NCBI GenBank assembly: GCA_963741955.1
Contig: CAVUKB010000001.1
Span: 384,001 to 448,000, forward strand
Direction of reading: 5' to 3'
DNA length: 64,000 nt
Origin: an uncultured Acidobacteriota bacterium
GTDB lineage: Bacteria; Acidobacteriota; Thermoanaerobaculia; Gp7-AA8
Below the pieces are notes generated by a model. The model made no database searches. It was not told the DNA's origin and worked only from the letters and a program-made list of their open reading frames with translations. Every line of letters begins with the position of its first letter. The stretch's first letter is position 1. The translations under genes were made by a program, and so were the position numbers. Positions 9,486 to 17,699 of this stretch are shown here, one piece after another.

Positions 9486-9511
9486 GTTACATATTCCCGG
9501 ACGCTTCAGCC

Positions 9512-9611
9512 GGCGAACGGTTGCGCTTGAGCCGCGCGACCCGCAGGGAGATTCTACCAAGTTACGCCACGGCCGCCGCGGGGAGCGGCGGCTCGAAGCG
9601 CCAAGTTATGC
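9512..9611 (-). other. attC site downstream of the L,D-transpeptidase gene
   Basis: - strand GCATAAC TTGGCGCTTCGAGCCGC...GCGGCTCAAGCGCAACC GTTCGCC. Confidence 0.9.
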
Positions 9612-9616
9612 GGCAG

Positions 9617-10141
9617 CTAGGGCAGGATTTTGACCGGCGTGCCGTCTGGAACTGCTCGCGCAATCTCTTCGATTTCTGGATCCGTCACGGCGATGCAACC
9701 CTGCGTCCAATCCGCAAGGGTATGCAGCCGGCCAACGAATCCGAGGCCGTTTCTGATTCCGTGAATCATGATGTCTCCTCCAGGACGAACTCCACGGGCT
9801 GCCGCGGCCTTCCCTTGGTTCGGCGTTGGGTAGGAGATCTGCAGTGCGATGTGAAACGCGCTGTCTGTTTTGTGGAAATCGACGACGTATGCGCCTTCTG
9901 GTGTTCGCCCGTCGCCCTCGCGTTCTTTCGGGCCTACCGGATTCGGTCCCAGTGCTACCCGGTATGTGCGGAGTACGTGTCCGCCCTTCATGAGAGAAAG
10001 CGAGCGGTCGGACTTCTTGATCACGATCACGTCTGCCGTTGCACCAGGGGGGAGTGGATCCGCGCGGCGGTTGGCAAGGGTAACCGTGACAGCTACGCCT
10101 ACACACGTGAGGAGCGCCGCTGTGAGAAGTACCCTTTTCAC
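9617..10141 (-). CDS. L,D-transpeptidase (YkuD family)
   Basis: GPKEREGDGRTPEGAY...ISYP...GGDIMIHG...DWTQGCIAV; signal peptide. Confidence 0.92.
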   Translation of the reverse strand: MKRVLLTAALLTCVGVAVTVTLANRRADPLPPGATADVIVIKKSDRSLSLMKGGHVLRTYRVALGPNPVGPKEREGDGRTPEGAYVVDFHKTDSAFHIALQISYPTPNQGKAAAARGVRPGGDIMIHGIRNGLGFVGRLHTLADWTQGCIAVTDPEIEEIARAVPDGTPVKILP

Positions 10142-10160
10142 GAGACCGACTGCCCACGCC

Positions 10161-10263
10161 GCATAACGTACCGCCGTTCAGCCGCCGGGGCACGCCTTGA
10201 GATGGTAGCACGAATGCGAGCGCGACTCGGCGTGCCCCGGTCGGCTGGAACGGTTAGTTAGGT
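10161..10263 (-). other. attC site downstream of brnA
   Basis: - strand ACCTAAC TAACCGTTCCAGCCGACCGGGGCACGCC...GGCGTGCCCCGGCGGCTGAACGG...GTTATGC. Confidence 0.9.
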
Positions 10264-10265
10264 GG

Positions 10266-10490
10266 CTACTTCTTGACAGCGGACAGCGTGGCACGGAGGA
10301 ACTTGTTGACCTTCTCGCTTGAGTCGAATACCTCTGCCACGTCGGGTTCGAGAACGACCAGAACTCCACCGCCGCTCGGTTTCTTAAACTTCTTCGCGAA
10401 ACGGTTGGGTCGAGCATCCGAGAAGTCATACTCGGCGCGTATTTCGTCTGAACTCGGCTTCTTCCGTGAGCTAGTTTTCTTCGTAGGCAT
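10266..10490 (-). CDS. brnA: BrnA-like antitoxin
   Basis: DEIRAEYDFSDARPNRFA...VVLEPDVAEVFDSSEKVNKFLR; directly downstream of brnT. Confidence 0.8.
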   Translation of the reverse strand: MPTKKTSSRKKPSSDEIRAEYDFSDARPNRFAKKFKKPSGGGVLVVLEPDVAEVFDSSEKVNKFLRATLSAVKK

Positions 10491-10740
10491 GGCGTTCTTT
10501 GCGGGTAGCGGGCCTCGAACTGATGATCCGAATGGCCAAACCCCGCTCCACGAATGATACCACCAGGACTCTTCCGGACGCCGACATCCCGAGAATGAGC
10601 TCGCGAGCCTCTTCATCGGAGTGGTCCGGATCAGGCTTGATTCCGGCGTTCGGGTCCGCAAACACTGTGGCAGCCTCGTCGAACGATACCCCGTGCTTTC
10701 GCCGATTGGCCGCGGCCTTGCGGGCATCCCATTCGAAGTA
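10471..10740 (-). pseudogene. brnT: BrnT ribonuclease toxin with no recognisable start codon (5'-truncated)
   Basis: YFEWDARKAAANRRKHGVSFDEAATVFADP...RIISSRPATRKERHAYEE; no ATG/GTG/TTG in frame just upstream of YFEWD. Confidence 0.75.
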
Positions 10741-10814
10741 CGGTTCTTTGCCTTCTGATCCTGAAGGTCGGGGAGGCGCGATAGGCGTGAGGCAGAGTGC
10801 AAGGGCGTCGGATT

Positions 10815-10980
10815 CAAGTTTCGGGGTTGCCCCTCACCCTGACCCTCTCCCCGAAGGGCGGTCCCGACTGAAGACATGACCCCGGACGGGGAGAGAGGAT
10901 GTGTCGCGAGTGGGTATGTGGGCTGCTCGTGGGAACGGCGTGCCGAAGTGTTGGAGCATTGGTGGTTCGGAGCGGTCGTC
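10815..10980. repeat. Inverted, diverged copy of the 5070-5230 segment of the repeat array
   Basis: TTGCCCCTCACCCTGACCCTCTCCCCGAA...CGACTGAAGACATGACCCCGGACGGG is the near reverse complement of 5155-5225. Confidence 0.75.
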
Positions 10981-11116
10981 GGGAGGCGGAACGGGAACGT
11001 GGAAAGAGCGGGCGTGGGTTGTTGAAGTTCGGCCAGAGCGCGACGTGTCGCGGGTGGGAGACACCGATGAGCGAAACCGAGCTGCCTCGCTCGTTGCGTC
11101 CGTGAACGGAAGCGTG

Positions 11117-13372
11117 TCAGTGCCGTACGCCGCGACGCTTCGACTGCGACTCGAGCTCGATGTGCTCCGTGCGTCCGCCGGAGAGTGCGATCGCGAGCGT
11201 GGTCGACCGTCCGCCGACGGTGAAAGTGACGGCACTGCCGCCGTCCTTCACCACCCAGCGTCCCTCGATCGTGACGTGGACCAGAGGCGAGCGGCGTGAC
11301 GGATCGGCGATGGAGAGCTCCGTCGTTCGTGCCGAGCCGGTTCGAAACAGCACCGCAGGTGCGTCGACGGTGAGGCCATCGAACGAGCCCGCCTCCCAGA
11401 AAACGACGCCGGTGGCGCCGGTGCGCTCGTCGCGTGCGGCCGCCGTCGCGCCGTCGTTCGCGAGAACGGTGATGGGCGCATTCTCCGCCCACTGTTGCAT
11501 CTGCGACGCGTCGACGTTCGGGACGATCACGTATTCGGCCGCCCCGTTCACCGGAGCGACGCCGTGCTCGATGGCGATGGTCCGGATGCGGTTGCTCACT
11601 TCTGCGGAGGAATTCGCTCCGGCGAGGAGCGACCAGCTTCCGCTGCGCGTGGCGTCGGTGATCCGTACCGTGGTCGGATGCGGAAAGAAGTAGCCGATCT
11701 TCTCGCCGGCCGCCCACCTCGGAGTCGCATGCTCGCTCTCGGACGCCAGCCCGTCCACGACCAGCGACTGACCGCTGCGCACCGGCCGTTGATCGATCAC
11801 CGTCTCGACCGGGTACTGCGAGGTGTCGCAGATCCCGCTGCCGAGGAAAGCGATCGAATCGTCGAAGAAGATCCACGCCTTGCGCATGGAGAGCGACGTG
11901 CCGGCGGGAGAGAGGATCATCGCTGCGACTCCGTTGCTTCCGTCGTCCGTCCCGCCGACGAAGAGGTCGCTGCCGTAGGCGTATCGGTCGCTCGCGGCAT
12001 CGGGTGCGAGCTCGACGGTGGTCCCGGGGAGGCGCGACCAGTCGAGAGTGGGATAGACGTCGCCCGACGCGTATTCGTCCCCGCTGACCACCAGGTGCAT
12101 CCGGCCGTCGGCCTGCCGCGATCCGAGGAGGTCTTCACCGTTCGTGCGCTCGCCGGAAAGAGTGCGCCACGACAACATCCGTACGGACGCGTACCAGCCG
12201 GGGCGCCTGTGAATGACGTAATCCGAGTCGGCGAAATCGCGATGGCCGGAAGGCCACGCGGGAGTGGTCTGCGCGAGCCCGTCGGCGAGAGCGGCGAGCT
12301 CCGGCGGGAGCGTGCCGTCCCAGGAGCGTAGCATCATCGCCGCGCTTCGCCGGATCTCTTCCTGACGGCTGCCCGGGACGACGGACATCTGCAGCAGCGT
12401 CGCGAGACCGTTCCATCCGTTCATGGAAGGATTGCTGACCTGCCGCCCGAGCGAGGAGGGATCGAAATCGTTGCGGTAGAGAGTCCACTGAAGACTGTCG
12501 GCCACGAAATCCGCGAAGAGAGAAGCGCGCGAGGGCGGCAGGGTGAGCGGAGTGCCGGCCGTGAAGAGGAGAAATCGGGAGACGTCGTATGCGAATGAGC
12601 TTCCGTACGCGCCGGTGTAGAGCTGCGGACCGTGCTGCTGGAACGAGAGATCCGGCTGGATCCCGTCACGCGTCGCGTCGGCTCGGCAGGCCGACCCGAT
12701 GGCATCCGACGCAGCGGAGATGCGCGCGTCGTCGCCGGTCAGCACCCCCAGCATGAGGTGGTTCATCGACGACCAGACGAGGTTCTCACCCTCGAGCACG
12801 GAATAGGAATTCGTCAGCCCGGGGCGTGGGCCGATCCGCGCGCGGAGAACGTCGATCCCTTCCTGCAGAACGGCGGGATCGAGGTCGCTCGCGACGAGGA
12901 CCAGAGCCGGCCCGAGCTCGAGCGATGGGCCGATGGTCCAGAACCACCAGTTGCCGTTGGCCGGAACCGAACCGCCATAGAACGACGGCAGCCCATCCAC
13001 ACACGCCTCGATCCCGGACAGGAGCTGAGGGTCGTGATACCAGATCTGTCCCGGCGTCGCGTAGCCGCGTGCCATGGTCAGGAGCCGCCGGAAGTGATCC
13101 CACGGCGACCAGACGCCGCTCGGGACTTCGGTGTAATCGATGTCGCTCCAGCGCCCGTCGGAACCGAGGAAGCCGGGCGCGGTGATGCGGCGCACCTCGT
13201 TCTCGAGAGCCGATCGCGCGGCGATTGTTCGTTGAGAGATGGGAGAGGCGCCGGCACCGGTGTAATAACCGGTGATCGAATCGCGGATCGGAGTGACGTC
13301 GTTCGCCAGCAGTGGGGTGGAGAGGAGCAGCGAGACGAGAGTGAGAGCGATCGGACGGAGAAACCGGAGCAT
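11117..13372 (-). CDS. Polysaccharide lyase family 8 (hyaluronate/chondroitin/xanthan lyase-like), secreted
   Basis: NWWFWTIG, GENLVW, DGIQPDLSFQQHGPQLYTGAYG, DWSRLPGTT, FVGG motifs; signal peptide. Confidence 0.9.
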   Translation of the reverse strand: MLRFLRPIALTLVSLLLSTPLLANDVTPIRDSITGYYTGAGASPISQRTIAARSALENEVRRITAPGFLGSDGRWSDIDYTEVPSGVWSPWDHFRRLLTMARGYATPGQIWYHDPQLLSGIEACVDGLPSFYGGSVPANGNWWFWTIGPSLELGPALVLVASDLDPAVLQEGIDVLRARIGPRPGLTNSYSVLEGENLVWSSMNHLMLGVLTGDDARISAASDAIGSACRADATRDGIQPDLSFQQHGPQLYTGAYGSSFAYDVSRFLLFTAGTPLTLPPSRASLFADFVADSLQWTLYRNDFDPSSLGRQVSNPSMNGWNGLATLLQMSVVPGSRQEEIRRSAAMMLRSWDGTLPPELAALADGLAQTTPAWPSGHRDFADSDYVIHRRPGWYASVRMLSWRTLSGERTNGEDLLGSRQADGRMHLVVSGDEYASGDVYPTLDWSRLPGTTVELAPDAASDRYAYGSDLFVGGTDDGSNGVAAMILSPAGTSLSMRKAWIFFDDSIAFLGSGICDTSQYPVETVIDQRPVRSGQSLVVDGLASESEHATPRWAAGEKIGYFFPHPTTVRITDATRSGSWSLLAGANSSAEVSNRIRTIAIEHGVAPVNGAAEYVIVPNVDASQMQQWAENAPITVLANDGATAAARDERTGATGVVFWEAGSFDGLTVDAPAVLFRTGSARTTELSIADPSRRSPLVHVTIEGRWVVKDGGSAVTFTVGGRSTTLAIALSGGRTEHIELESQSKRRGVRH

Positions 13373-13425
13373 GATCTGACAGTCCAACCGGAGCCGGGGC
13401 GACGATCATTCCGCGGCGGGAGTCG

Positions 13426-15078
13426 TCACTTCCGGCTGATGGCGAGAAGAGTGACGTCGTCGCCCATCGGCGTCGACCCTGCGTGCGCCAGAGTCGCCTG
13501 CTCAACGCATTCGATGATCGCTGCGGCCCCTTTGCCGTGGAGGGTATTCACACACTCCCGTGCCGCAAGGGAGCCGAACTCCTCTTCCGCTTCGTTCTCC
13601 GCCTCGGTGATGCCGTCGGTGAAAAGGACCAGCGCGTCTCCGGCTCCGAGCGTGATCTCCTGGTTCCGGTACGTGGCCGTCGGGAAGAGACCGACCACCA
13701 TGTCCGTGGTCTTCAGCTCCTCGACCGTGTCGCGGCGCACCACCAGGGGAGGCGTATGCCCTGCGTTCGAGAACTCGATTCTCCCGCTCTGCGGATCGAC
13801 GAGCCCGACCACCATGGTCACGAACTTGGTCGGAGACGTTTTCGGACTGAGGTTCTCGTTGATCTCACGCAGAATCTCCGCCGGAGAGAGATCCTTCTTC
13901 GCGAAGATGTTGAAGCCGGTCGCGACCGCGACGGTGAGGAGAGCGGCGGTGACTCCCTTTCCACTGACGTCGGCGATGGTGAAGTAGATCCGTCCGTCGG
14001 GCCGGGGAACGTAATCGAAGTAGTCGCCGCTCACCGTGCGGAGGGGGCGGTTCACGCCGGCGAATTCCCACCCTTCGACGTCAGGATTCTCCTTCGGGAG
14101 GATTCGCTTCTGGATCGCGTAGGCGGTTCGGAGCTCTTCCTCCATTTTCTCTTTCGCCAGCGCCTGTTCGCGCAGACGCGTCGTCTCGAGCTTGATGGCG
14201 GCGAATCGGGCGATCTGAGCTGCGAGGCGCACGTCGTCCTCGGAAACGCTCTGCTGAGTGAGGATGTAGTCGGCGTAGAGGACGCCGAGGACCGTGTCAT
14301 TGACCAGGAGGGGAGCGCAGAGGACGGAGCGGATGTTCTGTCCCACGATCGATTTGGCCTGTGCGAGATGCTCGTCCGCGCTGACGTCGTAGAACGACAG
14401 GACCTTCTTTTCCAGGACCACTTCGTTGAGGAGAGTCCTGCTGATGGTGAGATCGCCGGAATCGGATGAGTCACGCCGCCTCACCTTCAGAGTGTCGAAC
14501 GAAGCGCGGTCCGGAGTGAGGAGCGCCAGTGCAGCACGCGAAGGTTTCAGAAGGTCCATCACCCGGTCGATGATGAAATCGAAAAGTTCGGAGAGAGGCC
14601 GGTCCTCGATCAGTTCGAGCGCGAGCCGGTTGAGGATCTGCAGGCGCTGGTTGTGGGCGGTTGGCTGGGAGTCGAGCTTGACGATCTCCTGGACCGGAAT
14701 CGAGATGGTGGCCGACGAGATCGCGTCGTTGAGGGCGATGCGGTCTCCGCTGGAGGCCGCGGATCCTTCTTCGAACAGCACGTGGCTGTCGCCGAGGCTG
14801 ATACGGTCTCCGGGACGGAGCATCAGAGGGCGATCGACGCGGCTTCCATTGAGAAACGTCCCGTTGGCACTCCCGCAATCGGTGAGGATCCACGCCCCGT
14901 CGATGAAGGAGATCTCGGCATGCCGCCGGGAGAGGAAGCGGTCCCGGATCGGGATGGTGCAATCGGAGGCGCGGCCCATCGTCGCTCCGGAAGGGGCAAT
15001 GGTATGGCGCGAAGGAGACCCCCCGGGCTGCACCACGGTGATCTCCGCGCTTGGGCGGCCCTTGTCGATGGCAGTCAT
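13426..15078 (-). CDS. FHA-GAF-SpoIIE (PP2C) protein phosphatase
   Basis: GRASDC...SRRHA...DCGSANGTFLNG (FHA); VSGDYFD, ADVSGKG, NAGH, FTDG, DDVT (PP2C). Confidence 0.92.
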   Translation of the reverse strand: MTAIDKGRPSAEITVVQPGGSPSRHTIAPSGATMGRASDCTIPIRDRFLSRRHAEISFIDGAWILTDCGSANGTFLNGSRVDRPLMLRPGDRISLGDSHVLFEEGSAASSGDRIALNDAISSATISIPVQEIVKLDSQPTAHNQRLQILNRLALELIEDRPLSELFDFIIDRVMDLLKPSRAALALLTPDRASFDTLKVRRRDSSDSGDLTISRTLLNEVVLEKKVLSFYDVSADEHLAQAKSIVGQNIRSVLCAPLLVNDTVLGVLYADYILTQQSVSEDDVRLAAQIARFAAIKLETTRLREQALAKEKMEEELRTAYAIQKRILPKENPDVEGWEFAGVNRPLRTVSGDYFDYVPRPDGRIYFTIADVSGKGVTAALLTVAVATGFNIFAKKDLSPAEILREINENLSPKTSPTKFVTMVVGLVDPQSGRIEFSNAGHTPPLVVRRDTVEELKTTDMVVGLFPTATYRNQEITLGAGDALVLFTDGITEAENEAEEEFGSLAARECVNTLHGKGAAAIIECVEQATLAHAGSTPMGDDVTLLAISRK

Positions 15079-15299
15079 GTCGAAAGGGTTATTGTAACTC
15101 TCGACGACACGGAGGGGTAGGGGAGAGAGGCGAGAGGCGAGAGGAGCGAGGCTCGAGACTAGAGGCTCGAGGCTCGGGAGACGGCGGGCGCTGCTCGAAG
15201 CTCGACGTTGGGGGTCCGGGGTAGGGATCGGGGGTCGGGGAAGTCTCGCGTACGCTCGGAAAAGCGACGTACGCCGTTTCGGGCGTTCGTTGAATGAGA

Positions 15300-15500
15300 A
15301 GCCCGAAGGGCGATGCTTCGTATGGCCCCTGCCGTCAGGCAGGGGGTCGGGAAAGAGGTAGAAAGAGAATGTGGAGCCCCCCGTGAGGGGGCGACCCCGC
15401 GTTCTGCGGAAGAAGTGCCGCCCTCCGGGCTCGAACTTCGTCCGAATCGCATGTCCGGGTGCTGACGCACCCGGCTACACGAAGAGACGCCCTTCGGGCT
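15300..15500. repeat. REPIN/MITE-like element made of inverted REP-like double-hairpin units
   Basis: AGCCCGAAGGGCGATGCTTCGTATGGCCCCTGCCGTCAGGCAGGGG ... reverse complement AGCCCGAAGGGCGTCTCTTCGTGTAGCCGGGTGCGTCAGCACCCGG. Confidence 0.7.
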
Positions 15501-15608
15501 GATCTGGTATGCGACGTCGGACGTCTGGAACCTGGTACTCGAGAATTCAGAGCTGAGAAACCTCGCGCTTCTTCCGAGCCTCGAGCCTCGAGCCCCGAGC
15601 CTCGGTCT

Positions 15609-16439
15609 CTAGTAAAACTCGTACGAGTCGACCTTTCCCACCAGCCCGGCGGCATGAGCGCGGTCGAGGAAGAGCCGTACCGCGGCGCGGCCCTTCTCGC
15701 CGTAGTCGACCGTGTAGTCGTTCACGTACATTCCGACGAAGCGGTCGGCACTCGGAGTATCGAGGCCGCGGCCGAAGCTCATCGCATGCTCGAGTGCCTC
15801 CTTGCGGTGGTCGAGCGAGAACTGAATCGACTTCTTGAGGATCGCAGAGACCTTCGCGATCGTCTCTTTGCCGAGAGCGCGGCGTACCACGTTGCCACCG
15901 AGCGGCATGGGAAGGTTCGTTTCTTTCTTCCACCATTCGCCGAGGTCGACCACTTTGTGGAGCCCCTCGCCGGCGTACGTGATCTGTCCCTCGTGGATGA
16001 TCAGCCCCGCTTCGACGCGTCCCTCCTTGACCGCTCCCTGGATCTGGTCGAAGTCCATCACCGTGGTCTCGGCTTTCGGCGCGAAGAGCTTGAGGCCGAG
16101 ATATGCGGAGGTGTTCAACCCCGGGACGGCGACGACCACCCGGTCGAGGTCGGCCGCGGCCATCGGTTTGCGCGAGACGACCAGAGGGCCGTAGCCGTCA
16201 CCGATCGAGGCGCCGCTCGAGAGGAGCGCGTAGCGGTCGGCGATGGAGGGGTACATGGCGAAGGAGATCGCCGTCACGTCGTACACCTCGCTGCGGGCGT
16301 CGATGTTGAGCGACTGGATGTCCTTGAGGTGATGCTCGAACTGGAACTCGCCGCTGTCGATCAGATCCTTCGCGAGAGCGTAGAACATGAAGGCGTCATC
16401 GGCGTCGGGGGAGTGGGCAAGGGTGATCTTCTGTTTCAT
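15609..16439 (-). CDS. mqnD: 1,4-dihydroxy-6-naphthoate synthase (futalosine menaquinone pathway)
   Basis: LAHSPDADDAFMFYAL, GDGYGP, LIIHEGQITY, DLGEWW...LPMPLGGN, FVGMYVND. Confidence 0.9.
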   Translation of the reverse strand: MKQKITLAHSPDADDAFMFYALAKDLIDSGEFQFEHHLKDIQSLNIDARSEVYDVTAISFAMYPSIADRYALLSSGASIGDGYGPLVVSRKPMAAADLDRVVVAVPGLNTSAYLGLKLFAPKAETTVMDFDQIQGAVKEGRVEAGLIIHEGQITYAGEGLHKVVDLGEWWKKETNLPMPLGGNVVRRALGKETIAKVSAILKKSIQFSLDHRKEALEHAMSFGRGLDTPSADRFVGMYVNDYTVDYGEKGRAAVRLFLDRAHAAGLVGKVDSYEFY

Positions 16440-16491
16440 GGCGGCGGGATGATAGCAGGACGTGCGTTGAATGCGAATCAGGGGAGGGGTC

Positions 16492-16670
16492 GAATTTGCG
16501 CGATTTGCGCGATTTGCGCGATTTGAAACGGGCGGGATCGGATCGTCTTCGCACGAGCTCGGGGAATGCGGAATCGCCATCGCGGAACGCTGCAGTCGTA
16601 CGAAGCTCGCGCCATTCGCGCCGTTCGCGCGGATCGCTCCGCTGACGGAAATCGCGCAAATCGCGCAAAT
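16492..16670. repeat. Inverted 9-mer tandem repeats (GATTTGCGC)n ... (GCGCAAATC)n
   Basis: Three copies at ~16494-16524 and complementary copies at ~16649-16670. Confidence 0.7.
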
Positions 16671-16728
16671 GAACCGACTTCCCGCCGCGCTCCGTCCCTC
16701 CGCGCGACTCGTGTTTACGAACCCGGGT

Positions 16729-17442
16729 CTACTCGCTCCACTGGTCGCCGAACAGCATCTTCCCGATCCGCTCTCGAGTCGTCTCCATCAGGTGTTTCTT
16801 GGCCGAGACCGTGAGGCCTGTGGTCTCGATCGGTTCGGAGACGTGCACCGTGACCACTCCCGGGTGGACGGAGAGGCGGGTAGCGGGAAGGACCTCGTAG
16901 GTCCCGTCGATCGCCACCGGGAGGATCGGGAGCTCGGACTTCAGCGCGAGGAGATATGCGCCGCGCTGGAACGGTTTCATTTCTTTCGACCTCGAGCGTC
17001 CTTCCTCCGGAAAGATGACGATCGTGTTTCCCTTCCGGATCCGCTCTCCCGCGAGCTCGAACGCGCGCAGGTTGCGGCTCCGGCGCTTGCGGTCGATCGG
17101 AATGAATCCCGCCGACTTGAGCCCCCAGCCGAAGAGCGGGATCTGGAAGAGGCTCGCCTTGGCCATGAACCGGACGGGCTGCGGAATGGTGGCCAGCAGC
17201 ACCGGGATGTCGAGGTAGCTGTAGTGATTGCCGACGATGATGTAACGCTGCTCGGAGCGGATCCGATCGAGGTTCTCCGAGCGGAGCTCGATCCCTGCCG
17301 CGTTCACGATGCTTCTCGCCCAGAGGCGGATCACGCCGTCGGTTGCCGAGCTCGCGTGAAAAAGGGAAAAGAGGATCACCAATGGCGACGTCACCAGCGT
17401 CGCCACCAGTGCAACCAGACCGACCCATACGATTCGAAGCAT
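16729..17442 (-). CDS. plsC: 1-acyl-sn-glycerol-3-phosphate acyltransferase
   Basis: NHYSYLD, FMAK, IPIDR, IFPEEGRS motifs. Confidence 0.9.
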   Translation of the reverse strand: MLRIVWVGLVALVATLVTSPLVILFSLFHASSATDGVIRLWARSIVNAAGIELRSENLDRIRSEQRYIIVGNHYSYLDIPVLLATIPQPVRFMAKASLFQIPLFGWGLKSAGFIPIDRKRRSRNLRAFELAGERIRKGNTIVIFPEEGRSRSKEMKPFQRGAYLLALKSELPILPVAIDGTYEVLPATRLSVHPGVVTVHVSEPIETTGLTVSAKKHLMETTRERIGKMLFGDQWSE

Positions 17443-17699
17443 GCGGCGCGGGATTGTACCCGATGAAGCAGCAAGTTCGGCGCTGGAGTGGTCCGGCGGT
17501 CGTACATCGCGGCCGGGTGGTCTATCATTCAGATATGGATCGCCGTCCGGGAGCGGCATCTGCTGCCACGCATGCAGTCGGGCGACACGCTGCACGGGGA
17601 ATAGCCGGCCATGGATTACAATCCGGGGATACGGCAACTATCGGTGAGTCTCGGTCTGCGCACTGACCTGCGGAATCCATGCGTGCGAAGGAGCTCGAA

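Larger units (their letters stand above)
5647..10740 (-). mobile_element. Integron gene-cassette array lacking an integrase in the window (CALIN)
   Basis: Co-oriented small genes separated by attC sites; three TA modules; no intI nearby. Confidence 0.85.

Noticed and set aside
10266-11876. 536-aa - strand ORF
   Set aside because: Only the last 74 codons (brnA) are real; the rest overlaps the PL8 gene and brnT in another frame
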